Source of the DNA: Octopus sinensis
Taxonomy: Eukaryota
Direction: 5' to 3'
DNA: 64,000 bases
NCBI RefSeq assembly: GCF_006345805.1
Contig: NC_043013.1
Coordinates: forward strand, 48,236,001 to 48,300,000
In this document: positions 51,104 to 64,000 of the stretch, in pieces
Layout of the letters: every line of letters starts with the position of its first letter
Position numbering within the stretch: the stretch's first letter is position 1
Notes under the pieces: generated by a model
The model's database searches: none
What the model saw: the letters and a program-made list of their open reading frames with translations, nothing else
What the model was told of the DNA's origin: nothing
Position numbers and translations under genes: made by a program

Positions 51104-51181
51104 TCAGGGGAAACCGTCAAAATCTTCATCAGCTATTTCTTTTGCATTTTCAAGTTCTTGCTGCTCTCGCTCACGCCTCTC
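51104..51181 (-). CDS. PSMD3: Last coding exon of 26S proteasome non-ATPase regulatory subunit 3 (Rpn3); exon spans 51095-51181
   Basis: tttgttacag|GAG AGG CGT.. translates to [25 protein letters not shown], matching from memory the PSMD3 C-terminus [25 protein letters not shown]. Donor AAG|gtaata follows 9 nt after the stop. Upstream exons were not found in the window. Confidence 0.85.
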   Translation of the reverse strand, partial: [25 protein letters not shown]

Positions 51182-51304
51182 CTGTAACAAAGATTAGGAA
51201 TGTATGTAAGACTACAATATAAAACATGAACACAGGTTCTAAGTCCCAGTACTACAAACCATATTTGAATATATCCACAAAGTTGCAAATATACATACTG
51301 ATAT

Positions 51305-51485
51305 GTGCTGGTGGCACGTAAAACGCCCCCATTATACTCTTGGAGTGGTTGGCGTTAGGAAGGGCATCCAGCTGTAGAAACACTGCCAGATCAGACTGGA
51401 GCCTGGTGCAGCCTTCTGGCTTCCCAGATCTCAGTTGGACCGTCCAACCCATGCTAGCATGGAGAACGGACGTTTAAACGATGAT
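51305..51485 (+). mobile_element. SINE family C
   Basis: Consensus match with tail. Confidence 0.78.
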
Positions 51486-53759
51486 ATGCTTTTGTTATTG
51501 GGGTTATGATCGTCAGATAAATACACACATTGTTTTAATGCTATGTTAATTAAAATACATTGTGCAAACTAATTTTTCTCTATTGATTACAAATATTTTC
51601 TGTTCATGGGAGAGAAATGTTTGCACAGTGAAATCTGTTGCAACTCTAAGTAGGCAGATTCATAATAGACTCGACGGAGTTTACAACGTCATGTTTATTG
51701 CATTTCCCCCACCCACCCCCACCTTATTTAGATTTATTCGTAAAAATTTTGGAAGAAGCAAAAAAAGTCATCAGTTGCAGAGTACAAGCAAACAGAAAGA
51801 GAATGCTAAGAGATATTAATAAAATAAAATTTAAAAAGTGATGACAGTAGAGTGAGAGAGAGAGAGCAAGAGAGAGAGAGAGAGGGAGGGAGAAATCTCT
51901 TTGCTATCACAATAAGAGGAATGCTATGCTCTCGTCTATAAGTGCAAATGAGAAGTGACATGCCAACAGATGACAGAAACTTGAAGCTGGAGAAAACGGT
52001 TTTCCCCAATGGTGTCAAACTTTACAATAAATCTATGAACAAGGAAAATTTTGCTGACTTATACTAATTATACAAGTAGAATATACATCAACTGGCATAT
52101 GTGGTTAGTCTTTCTTTTTATTTGTATATATATATATTGTTAATGTATATATACTGGTGTGTGAGTGAGGAACAAAATACAACAAAGTTATAGTCAACTA
52201 GTATCAGGTGAAACTGACTTATCATCAATTTAGGGGAAATTTCACATTGAAATTAAAAATACGTGGTGTTCTGGCTGTGGAGAATACACCTCAGGCCAGT
52301 TAATATAGTTACACAGAACTTGAGAAACAAATTGCTTGAAATATGCTAAGCAAGAGGAGCCAATATGGCATTGGTTGGGTAAACTTGAGAATAAGATTTT
52401 GACAATTATACAATAGAGTGTGTGTGTGTGTGTGCAAGTAGTATATTTTCATTTGAGTTTCTACCATAAGATTTTGTTTACCTGTTCTGTTGCATGTAAT
52501 TATATTCTGTTCAACTCTTATTGCTTACATTTTCCAAAAGTTCCATACTGACAATGCTCCAGAATGACCACAACCAATAAATGAGAAATCATACACTAGA
52601 TCTTATTTACAAGTGATACAAACTGATTTTTTTTACAGTATTTGGGTATTCGTATCAGTAAGTAGGATCACCTGAGTTAGTAACCAACTGACAAACAGAC
52701 AGAAAGCTCCTACACACAAGGCTGTAAATGGAGCTACTAGGCTTGACCAGTAATCACAAAGTTGTTGACGATGACAACAATAGAAGAAATTTGGGGGCCA
52801 CTGGTGCATGTGTGCTTCCATGCATAAGTATGTGTTTGCAGATAGTAATACACAAGTTAAGACTTTGAGAGATACATTTTTCTTTATCTGTTCAATTGGC
52901 AGAAAGTTACACAAGTGACTGGAGGGCTAAGAGTTCTGTGAACAAATTCAAATAAACCAAATCTCAATGTGTGCATGCATGGAGACACACACACACACAT
53001 GTATATATATATATATATATATATACAAACACGTAAGCATGTATGTATGCGGACACAGAAAACTCATGTCTGCCACATAAAATTTTGTGACTAAATAGGT
53101 TTATGGTTGAACTGACTCTCCTCTTATATATAGATGAGGATGACTTTTTGGACAAACCTAACAGTGGAATATTGATGTTCTGTTGATTATGAATGAAACA
53201 AGACTTAGACAGTTTATAGCAAACACATCTGATGGATCATACATACACTACAAAATACATTTCAAGTTTGACTGATTGATAGATATAGACAGAAAGATAC
53301 ATAGGACAGGTGTCACTTCTAAGCATTTAAGACTATATAGCTATGCCTATCATATTTTCCTGTTAAGTTTTGGTTCAATTTATTGGAATAATATTTGACT
53401 TAGCAAAAAGCTTTGCTAATAAATACATGCACAATCTCCTGTTGTCCATGGTATTATATACTGCTGAGTTGATTTATTTTGTTGAAGAAACTGAAGATAG
53501 TAATAAATGAATAAATATACCAAGCAGACAAGTTGTACTAATAAGAAGTGGACCATTTGTTGTGTTTATGTTTGTCATCAAAAGTACATCCTGCTGTTCT
53601 TTTTATTTTTGTCTCATGATAATTTTACACACAGAAATCCACTTGAAATTAATGTTGTAGTGTGAAAACCATTAGTTTGTGCTTACTGAAAACAGTCAAT
53701 TTTTGTCTTGTTTTGCTCATAATCAAAAGAAGAATATCCATTGTTTATTCAATAAACAA

Positions 53760-54155
53760 TAGGCGCAGGAGTGGCTGTGTGGTAAGTAGCTTGCTTACCA
53801 ACCACATGGTTCTGGGTTCAGTCCCACTGCATGGCATCTTGGGCAAGTGTCTTCTACTATAGCCCCAGGCCGACCAATGCCTTGTGAGTGGATTTGGTAG
53901 ACGGAAACTGAAAGAAGCCCGTCGTATGTATGTATATATATGTATGTGTTTGTGTGTCTGTCCCCCTAGCATTGCTTGACAACCGATGCTGGTGTGTTTA
54001 TGTCCCCGTTACTTTGCGGTTTGGCAAAAGAGACCGATAGAATAAGTACTGGGCTTACAAAGAATAAGTTCTGGGGTCGATTTGCTCGACTAAAGGCGGT
54101 ACTCCAGCATGGCCACAGTCAAATGACTGAAACAAGTAAAAGAGTGAAAGAGAGT
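53760..54155 (+). mobile_element. SINE family A
   Basis: Full consensus match. Confidence 0.88.
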
Positions 54156-54469
54156 AAACACCAGCTTAATGTTGACAGTTATTTTATCAAATCCTTCCAA
54201 TGTCTTCCTTATTTTCAAAATTAATCGAAAAATATACACAATAGAAATATGGCCGCAAATGCATTAAGGAGCCAATCAGTCTTGCAAAGTTTTGATGAAG
54301 TGGCTGATTTAAAATGCCTATTACAGCGAGATTAGAAAACAGGGAAACAAAAGAAAAAAAAAAGAATAATAATAAAATGAACATGTCAAAAGGGTGTTGG
54401 TATGATGTGGCATTAAAACAAATTCTGGAAAAGATGTGATAAAAATAAACACTTTTATCTTTCGTTTTT

Positions 54470-55049
54470 TCACTTGTTTCAGTCATTGGACTGTGGCCAT
54501 GCTGGAGCACCACCTGGGAACAATTTTAGTCAAAATTATTGATCCCTATACTTACTTTTTTTTTTTTTTGTAAAGCCTGGTATTTATTCTATCAGTCTCT
54601 TTTGTTGAACCACTATGTTACATGGATATTAGCACATTAATACAGGTTCTCTGCGACGTCACTGGTACCAAGCTGTATCGCCCTTTGCCTTTCCTTGGAT
54701 AACACTGGCGGCGCACAGAGGGGAGGCTAGTATGCGTGGGCGACTGCTGGTCTTCCTTAAACAACCTTGCCCAGACTTGTGCCTCGCAGGGTAACTTTCT
54801 AAGTGCAATCCCATGATCATTCATGACCGAGGGGGGGGGGGGTCACAACAATACAGGTTGTCAAGCAGTAGTAGAGGACAAACACACACACATATATATC
54901 AGGTCTCTTTCAGTTTCCATTTACCAAATCCATGCACAAGGTTTTAGTCAGCCCAAGGCTATAGTAGAAGACATTTTCCCGAGGTGCCAGGCAGTGGGGC
55001 TGAACCCAGAACCATGTGGTTGAGAAACAAACTTCTTATCACACAGCCA
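54470..55049 (-). mobile_element. Decayed SINE A interrupted by a 200-bp retroposed insert (54649-54849)
   Basis: 10-bp TSD AATACAGGTT at 54639 and 54850. Confidence 0.75.
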
Positions 55050-56192
55050 AATAATTCATAGCATGATTATTTCATGTTGTGTAGAAGAAAATGCAATGGT
55101 AATATTATCTGACCAAGCTGGAGTCTCCTGCTTAGAAATTCTATAATCAGATTTATATATACATCCTCTTTATAAAAGCTTAATGAAATTCTTTACTTTT
55201 CACATTAAAAATTATTTTAGCTCAAAAGATTTATTTATTCAATGCAGTTGAATTTTTTTCTTCTTCCTTCAATTCCAGGTTCATGAAGTTTTATTTTGAT
55301 TTACCATTATCAAACAATGATATTCTCTCTTTGCATTGCATTTGTGTGCACCGTTCACTCCACTGCAATTCAATAACACTGCAATCTCAGAGTAATGATA
55401 ACTTAGAGGAAACAAACCAAAAAATAAGACAACAACAACAACAAAACTAGAACTGATAAGCATTTGCAACAAATAGTCAGGTGGTTAATCTTTTCTTTGG
55501 ACTCGATAAGAGAGAAGGCAGAATGGTAAAAAGACAAAGAAAGGGGATATATTAAAAGCTTCAGATCACTGACAGAAATTCGAGAAAAAACTTAGTGGAG
55601 ACAAAGGCAAGTATATATATACAAATTGATTGAAGTTTTAAACTGAGTTATATACATTAGTCTTGCATCACTATTGAATATCTCTTAACTTTTGTTTATT
55701 CCTCAACTTTTACAACACTGGCTTTTTTTTTTAAAAGCAATATTTTCCCTCTATTCTTTCATTAAAAAGCCTGAAATGCGTTTTTTACCAAAAGCTTTCT
55801 TATCTTTCCCAGGAATAAAGTTTTTCACTCTTATTTTTCATATTTATTTTCAGTAATTGCCATTCAATACATCTTTTTTCTTTTTCTTTTCATTTGTATT
55901 TTTGACTCTTCAGTTTCACCAAAACCACAAAGACACAATTAAAATTTCATAAAGGTTTCCACAAAAATAGGGAGGGGGGGAGAAAATGCTGTGAGTGAGG
56001 ATAAATAAAAAGAAACTATCGTGAAAAAACTTTTGTCTTTCAATAGAAATAAGTTTAAGGTCAAAATTTCAAATTCATGCTTAATCTTGATAACAACAGC
56101 AGAGCTTGGGGTTTCCCTAAATGGAAAAAATCAGACTAATTTTGAATTTAGTTGACGTGATATGAAAATCTGGAAATATAATTACCTCAAAA

Positions 56193-56411
56193 CCCTTTCA
56201 TTACCAACCCGACTGAAACCGGCTCTGGCTCTGGGTACAAATGTCTTATTTTCATAAGTTTTGAATAAAAATCTTCCACCAAACCTTAGTCACAATTTAT
56301 GTTCCTAATACTAGCTGAATGATAACTAAGTTATTTTACTAAATTCTTTGTTATATTTAAAGTAATTGAGAGAAACAGAGCATCTAAAAAAAAAATACAG
56401 TAACGAAAGGG
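56193..56411. mobile_element. piggyBac-type MITE
   Basis: Same family as 32880; CCCTTT..AAAGGG|TTAA. Confidence 0.82.
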
Positions 56412-56834
56412 TTAATCCTAAATTAGAAACAGGAGACTGGTAATTAAGTAACAATCAAAGAAAGAGAAATGAATGCTATGCCATTAACAATAAGACATAT
56501 TTCAGGTTAATAGTCATACCATTTATAGATTGTTTTAGTATACTATTACAATGCTCATTTAAGTAAAGACTATTTGACATTTCATTTTGTTTTTACTTTT
56601 CCTTCCTCTAAATTTTCTACAGAAAAATCAGCTTTAAACACAGTGTACATTCATTTCTCTTTAGCTAACAGGTTTTTTTAAAAACTGTTTTAAGTTGAAT
56701 TAATTTCTCTGTTACTGGATGGTTAAAACTTATCTAAATAACTATGTGCACAAAAAAAACCAAACAACTGAGCAGAAGTAATTTCATATATTATTAACCC
56801 AATGAAATGCTTGTTTGTTCCTCAACATCATCCT

Positions 56835-57181
56835 TATCATCATTTAGTGTCCGCTTTCCATGCTGGCATGGGTTGGACGGTTCAACTGGGGTCTGGGAAG
56901 CCAGAAGGCTGCACCAGGCCCAGTCTGATCTGGCAGTGTTTCTACAGCTGGATGCCCTTCCTAACACCAACCACTCCGTGAATGTAGTGGGTGCTTTTTA
57001 CGTGCCACCGGCACAGCTGGCAAATGGCCACGGTCGGATGGTGCTTTATACATCCCACCGGCACGGAGGCCAGGTGAGGCTGGCAAACGGCCACAGTCGG
57101 ATGGTGCTTTTTACATCCCACCGGTACGGGGGCCAGGTGAGGCTGGCAAAGGCCACGATCGGATGGTGCTTTTTACGTGCC
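56835..57181 (-). mobile_element. SINE family C with internal ~62-bp tandem repeats
   Basis: GGTGCTTTTTAC..GGCCAC..TCGGAT repeated three times. Confidence 0.78.
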
Positions 57182-58037
57182 CAAAGACTATAGCCGTTTT
57201 AAAAATCAACAACTTTACTTCATACACATTTCAGAAACATATTATCATGCGCTTCAACATAACAACTGTTTCTTTAGTATCGCCCCTTAACAAAACATTT
57301 ACATGTTTCAACGTACACAGTGTGTGTGTGTGGATGGATGGATGGATGAGGGGAGAGCATGACCAGTCTGTAAAATAGCTCAAATATTCCAGTGAGTGTC
57401 ATCCTTCTCAAAAATATGCCAGCAAACCATTAATATATTCATCATCACCATCTTTTTGTAATTACAGAGACGTCATAAAATAAGAATGTGTTAGTTATCT
57501 ATTTCATTAATAGCTAGAGGAAGAACGAAGTACCGTGTTGAAATTCTCATTAGATAGAAGTCAAAAAGTACAGGTAGAGGAAGTCAGCAAAAATGTATTT
57601 CTGCAATATGACAAAAGAATCGTTATTCTTATATTCTATGTGCATTTGTGTGTGAATTGCACCAATGCAACGAAGACAAAGGAGAGAAAGTTTACAGAGA
57701 TGCTTTAATTAAACATGATTGCATTCAAACTCAGGCCTGTCAATTTATTAGTAAACTTATTAATTTCTAAATATGAAAAATAAATCAAAATGGCTAGCTT
57801 CTGGCATACCTTAAAAGATAATGATGTAATCTAATGTAAAAGAAATATATAATTTAAATTTTTTTTTTTTATCTGTATTTCTTTCCTTCGCTAAAATTAT
57901 TAAAGAAATACTTAGGATTCCATTTTTCTTCTTTCTCTGTTTCTTAATTTCATTTTTGCATTATTTGCTTATAACCCACTGCAATTGTTTATTTATTCAT
58001 TTATTTTGAAGACTTTTAAAACCTTAAAGGTATCACA

Positions 58038-58083
<46 letters not shown>

Positions 58084-59859
58084 TTTACTTTATTAAATCT
58101 TCATCTTATAGATAGCAGAACGGCTGGCAATTCCTTGAAAACAGGCCATGAAAGTGACTAAACTTCATGAACCATACTTCAGATTACAATAAAGCATGGC
58201 TTTCCTCTCGCAGCACATTCACTTTTCAGAAAAGCAACAAAAAAAAAAAAAAAATTAAATTAAAATTGAAACAAATATTTTAAAAATATAAAAATAAAAC
58301 TGAAAATAATTCAAAATTAAAAAAAAAACAAAACAGAACAGAAAAGGTAAAATGAAATATAGAGCTACGCTTTTTTTTTTTTTTTTTTTTAATTTCTGAG
58401 AACAAAAATGAAAAAGCAAACAATCTTCCTAAATAATTAAATGAAACTGTGCAGTGTATCCTAGCAGATATAGCAATATTGAATCGAAACTAGTAATCTT
58501 GTGGATGTTATAAGATAAGTCTGGCTAAGAATATGCCAATGGCAGCTGTAGCCATAGAGACAGAGATGGCAAAGGAATGTAAGATAGGAGAAACAGACTG
58601 CAACAAAGGTAGTAGGTGGGAACAAATATGCTATGGGCAGTTTTGAACATTCAGTTTCGGTTTGGGTTTATACAAAATTCAATTGAATTAAAAATTACAT
58701 ATTTCTGATATTTTGCAACCAAACTAACAACTATACATAGTATTAATCAACAACTATATGGAAGAATATCAATTGTCAAAAACACTCTGAGAAGTAATTT
58801 TCCAGGGAGAGGAGGAAGAAGTGGGGGGGGGGTGTTTTAAAGCAAGATTAAATTAGAGTGAAATTAAATCGACCAAACCAACAAGCCTAAATAAGTTGAA
58901 ATGTGTTGGTAGATGATGATATGTTCAATACAGACGCTGAATAGCAAACATATTTATGAATTATTAAATAGTTACACAGCTGCAATAGTGATTAAGAAAT
59001 ATGTCAGTCTGATAAATGATCGCAGGTCTAGATAGCCATCGTACAACACTAACTACAACAGATTAATACAACTTATGCCAGTTGTAGATCAACACTAATT
59101 ACTGCCTAGTTTAAAAGCAAAGAAGTCAACCAGGAAAATAATTACTGAAAACAATGTTTTGCAGGTCACTGATATTAAGAAAAAAGTATTTATCTGCCAA
59201 ATTCCTAACCAAAATCTATTGATAATATGATGAGGTTTAACATGACACTCCCATTCTAAGCTAGTTACACCATTCTAGTTACTTCCGTCAAATAAGCCAA
59301 ATTCAAAGAACATTCCAACACCTGCACCATATTTGTTTTTAATGTTAAACAAAAGAAACTGTAGTTCTGTAAAATATAGTAAATTGATGCAAGAATTGGA
59401 TTATTATTTCTTAGTAGCAAAATAACAATACCAGATAGGAAATTAAATATCACAAGACTATTTTAGTTTAAGAGTAACTGACGATGAATAACCCTGCATA
59501 AAATATTCAACAAAAGACAAAAAAAAAAAATCAACAACAATGGCGGTGCCCCAGCATGGCCACAGCTCATGAGCTGAAACTAGATAAAATAAAATAAATT
59601 TTTAAAAAATCATTTTTGCACCATAAATGATTATAACAGCCCAATAATATCAAAATGATTTATTTCTGACAAAAAATACTATCAGTGATAAATGTTTAAA
59701 CACTTATAACCATGTTAGGTGGTATTCAAGCAAAGCATTGGTTCTAAGATTTCAGGTGAATTGAAACAAGAATGAGGTAATCTTTATATCTAATTTAACA
59801 TGGATACCTTGTTAGAACACCGAACAATTTGCTATTAACCTCAAGAGATCCTCTCCTTT

Positions 59860-60320
59860 AAGATGCTTGATGCATAAAAGCACATGCACAGGTTGTAGCA
59901 GAAGAAATCTGTCTGTCATGGGCACCAGAATTTCTACATAACATCATTTTGGTCTATTGAACTTCCCCAGTGAGAAGCACCAGTCACCTCGTGCCAGTCA
60001 GATCTTGATGCCACAATATATAGAATTTCAGCATTTTTTTTTTTTTCAGATGCTGATATTACAAATAGCCAGCAGGCTTATTAAAATTAATTATTAATGA
60101 TCGATGCAGAATTAATACCAAAGGATAATCTTTATATCCAACTTACCATAGATGCTTTGTTAGAACACCAAATACTAACTGGCATGAGGTGACCAGTGCT
60201 TCCCACTGAGGAGGTCCAAAAGACCAAAACCACGTAACATGGAAATTCCAGCACCCATGACTCACAAATTTCATCTGCTATGATCTATGCATATGCTTAT
60301 TTGCACTAAACGCCTAAATG
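59860..60320. repeat. Diverged ~140-bp inverted repeat
   Basis: 59860-59999 aligns with the reverse complement of 60178-60320. Confidence 0.75.
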
Positions 60321-60554
60321 AGACTGAAGATTACCTTTTGGTATTAACACTGCTTCTGTCACTAATTATTAATTAACAATGAATTGGGTTAACTAAATGA
60401 TTATAAATGCCAATTATTATTGTTCAATAATCAGAAATGCCATGGATATTAATGATTAAAGTGAAATTAGCAACAGTAGGGAAGATATCATTAATTCATA
60501 AGATATATGGAGTCAGCCTTTGATTTGAGATTTTCTTTCCATAATATTGTTGCA

Positions 60555-60795
60555 ACATCATCATCATCATTAACATTTAACATCTGTTTTCCATGCTGGC
60601 ATGAGTTGTCTTGAGAGGAAATGGCAAGGCCGTGGGCTGCACCAGGTTCCATAGTCTATTTTGGTTTGATTTCTAGTTGGATGCCCTTCCTAACATCACC
60701 CACTTTACAGAGTGTACTGGGGACCTTTTATGTGGCACCATCACCAGTGTTTTTTACATGGCACCAGCACCCACACCAATGCTTTTAATGTGACA
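60555..60795 (-). mobile_element. Decayed SINE family C
   Basis: Tail and GGATGCCCTTCC motif. Confidence 0.65.
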
Positions 60796-63129
60796 CCTTA
60801 GTTTTAGAATACTACAACATACTACAAATAATTGTTTCTGATTGGGATACAAGGTCAGAAAAATTTTTGACGGGTGGGGACAGCCAATTTCATAAACTCC
60901 AGCACTTGACTGAGATTTTATTTTATCAATCCCAGAAGGATAAAAGAAAAAGTTGGTCTCAGCAGGATTTGAAATTGGAACATAAAGACCGGAAACAAAT
61001 ACCAAAAGGCATTTTGTCAGACACTCTAATAATTCATACTTCTCGATTATTTTGATAAACTTGAGTTACTAGAATATTTAACGTATTTTTTAAATATATT
61101 TTAATTAAAAGTAGAAATTATACAAATACACAAATACCAACTTTGGAGTGGTGGCAAGGAGGAAGAGTATAATTAATATAAGTGATGTGATATATTTCAA
61201 AACATTAGTTATGTAGATCTCATGAATATTCCAACCATCTTTCATTAGCACACAATGATTTATCATTGATTTCAATGTGAAATTGGCTTACTGGCATATC
61301 TTTCAAAAATGTTAAATCATCCTCCATCCGCAAACAATAAACATATTCTGGAATATGTGTTATACCTCAATGGAGTAATGTAAAAACATTCATTGTAAAT
61401 AATAAAATATTTTTCCTATTTGCAATTGATTTATCTGTTGACTAATCAAAATGAAAAGCAACTAAATAATTTTTTTTTTTTATTAATTAAGTTAAATGAA
61501 TTCACCAGGGACTGTTTGTCCAGCTTCTAACTGCTGCAGTCTTTTTTCCAACAGCATAAAACTCTCTAAGCACATGTTTCGAGTTTCTATTAGAACCTCA
61601 TGTGTGATTTTATACACGGCAGTTTGTCATTCAATACAATGTAGTTCACAGAGAAATAGCAATGAAATAAAAAATTAAAAAAAACAATAAAAAGTATTTG
61701 TGAAATAAATTGTATCATCAGAAGCTTTTGTTTTTAGTAAATATTTCTGAATAGGAAAAATATAATTTTAACAAGAAAATGTTGTTTAGGATATTAATGA
61801 AAAATATTAAAAATTTCAAGAGACTTAACAAATTTCCTGTTTCCATGGTCTTAATCTTTGATGTTGATAAGCAAACTATGAATGAACATATTGATTATTG
61901 ATTTTTCACATTGGCACACAGCCGCAAATTTCAGAGGAGGGTTGTAATTGATTAAATCAATCTTAGTACTTTTATTGATCTGAGAAGAACGAAAGGCAAA
62001 GATGACTGTGATGAGATTTGAACTCAGAATGTAAAAAGACAAACCACAACTTCTGTTCAGTGCCCCACTGCCCAAAATAAACAGAAAGATTGACTTCTAA
62101 GAATAAATCCACCCTCACCTTTTACTATAGTATAGACTAGATATATTTCTAATCAATAGTTCTATTTAAATTGTGATATAACAATTCTCAACTACTTATT
62201 TAACATTACAATTATTGATATTACAGGACTGTTTCATCATTATTGTTTTTTATTTATTCACTTCAACCAGTCAGACATCCAGGTTGCTGCCAAATATTAA
62301 CATATCGGTAAATGAAGACATGTAATTTCCAAACTAGCAATATATGTTTACAGGCCTATTTCTAGAATCCTGTAAAATCTTTCAGAACAAGAACCCAACC
62401 AAGCAGAGTTAACATTCTAAAACAAGGTTATTTTTATTTAGGAAATAAACAAATTTTGCATTAGGAAAGATGCCAGAACTTGTTGAGAAAACCAGAATAA
62501 AAGAATTATAATATTTAGTTCCAAATTCTTTACTTCTAAATTCAAGTCTCATTCACTGGGTTTATCCATTAGCTATATAGACTATTCTATAAATTTGGGT
62601 TATGTGCCTATCCATAACATGCCTACATGTGCCTACCTATAATATGCCTACTACTACAAGCTATTACCAGAACATTATTACAGTGCTATCCCAAGATTAT
62701 CCATTTACCTGAACCAAATACACTAAGCTTATGTACATAAAACAGAAGCAGCATCAGCGGCTTATTTCGTCCAAACAAAGCTAGGAGGAACACCATGACA
62801 GGAAAGCAGAAAAGAACAGCAGTAACTGGTCCTGACCCAGCCTACCTGACCACCTCTGTGTAGTGAGCACTGAAACCCACAGGCATATAACAACAGATTG
62901 GATAGTTGCTGAAATGAAACAGGCAAGATTTATTATATTCCCTGCTTCATACCAAAACCCAACTGCAGTTGGAATATGTACAGAGGAATGGAATACAAGA
63001 AGTCGTCAGCCCAAGCAACTTCTCATCATGGTTTCACTAGCTATACACAACAACAACAACAACAACAAAGACAAATATAAAACCAGTGTCATTTGATGTA
63101 GAACATAGTAATATAGGTTTCAAATTTTG

Positions 63130-63310
63130 TGGGGAGGGAGACAGACGATTACATTGACCCTAGTGCTCAACCGGTACTTATTTTATCGACCCTGAAAAGA
63201 TGAAGGCAAAGTCAATCTCAACTGCATTTGAACTCAGAATGCGCAGACAGATGGAGTGCTGCTGAGTATTTTGCCCAGCATACTAAAGACTCTGCCAGTT
63301 TGCTGCCTTA
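63130..63310 (-). mobile_element. Decayed SINE family B (similar relics at 8750-8880, 33485-33615, 60865-61020, 61900-62065, 63335-63940)
   Basis: Reverse complement of the family B head and body. Confidence 0.65.
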
Positions 63311-63406
63311 ATGCATAGTAAAATTTCGGAGGAAGGAGTAAGTCAATTATATCAACGTCAGTGATCAACTGGTACTTATTTTGTCAATCCCGATAGGAAA
63401 AAAGAC

Positions 63407-63828
63407 GGATCTTTTCGGTTTGAACGGCAGTTTTTTCTAGCGGTGTCATATGAAATTGTCACCCATAATTATGACCCTAGTATCGATCTATTGCATTTCA
63501 ATCTGTTTTAGGGTTAGGGTTAGGATTAGGGGTGGGGGAAGGGTATCTTTTTTTCTTCACAAATGTAAATAAACCCAATCTGTTTCTTAAACAAGGGACA
63601 TATTCATATGGCACAGAATGTTGTTTACCTCAATGGACGTCAGTGATTGGTTGAAATTGCAGAAATTGAAGAAAAAAAACAACAAATATCTTACAAACTA
63701 TAGAATTTTCTCAAGAAAGCTAAGAGAAAATGATATTTTATAAACACATTCTACCAGTATACGAAGTTTAAAATTTTTTAGTTACCTAGAAATTATGTTA
63801 AAAACTGCCGTTCAAACCGAAAAGATCC
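63407..63828. mobile_element. Complete MITE with ~29-bp TIRs and internal TTAGGG repeats, inserted in a SINE B relic
   Basis: GGATCTTTTCGGTTTGAACGGCAGTTTTT..AAAAACTGCCGTTCAAACCGAAAAGATCC. Confidence 0.88.
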
Positions 63829-64000
63829 AGAAAGGCAAAACTGACATCGGCAGAATTTGAACACAGAACATAAAGATGGATGAAACGCTGCTCAGCATTT
63901 TGCCCTGGGGTGTTAACGATTCTGCCAGCTCACTACCTTAACACATAGTACATTATCAATAATCAAAACTGTTACAATCAAATCTCAATTCATACTGTTT

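Noticed and set aside
56990-57181. Repeat-spacer-like array
   Set aside because: Whole ~62-bp units repeat inside a SINE, with no unique spacers or cas genes in eukaryotic DNA, so it is not CRISPR.
61490-61630. Coding-looking minus-strand stretch QTAVYKITHEVLIETRNMCLESFMLLEKRLQQLEAG
   Set aside because: No suitable acceptor or start, and no recognisable similarity to PSMD3 or another protein.

Overview
Eukaryotic, AT-rich, microsatellite- and TE-dense DNA. The SINE families and repeat texture point to an octopus/cephalopod genome (inferred). Most ORFs in the track are microsatellite artefacts. The only recognisable host gene is the last coding exon of the proteasome lid subunit PSMD3/Rpn3 (minus strand, 51095-51181), with a probable 3'UTR exon near 46.0-46.3 kb; 46-64 kb looks intronic. 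Mobile DNA includes a near-full-length, frameshifted R4/Dong-type RLE retrotransposon between (TAA)n tracts (16546-20510), several other R4/Dong, RTE and Penelope (GIY-YIG) relics, four SINE families, two non-autonomous Helitrons, and hAT, piggyBac and Tc1/mariner MITEs. The most striking hidden layer is a set of minimal type I hammerhead ribozyme motifs with palindromic stem III, in at least four unrelated small non-coding repeat families. One ~580-bp tandem duplication carries hammerhead motifs on both strands plus a highly structured RNA module, resembling a retrozyme or viroid-like unit. All RNA structures were paired by eye, not computed. There is one 100-N scaffold gap.
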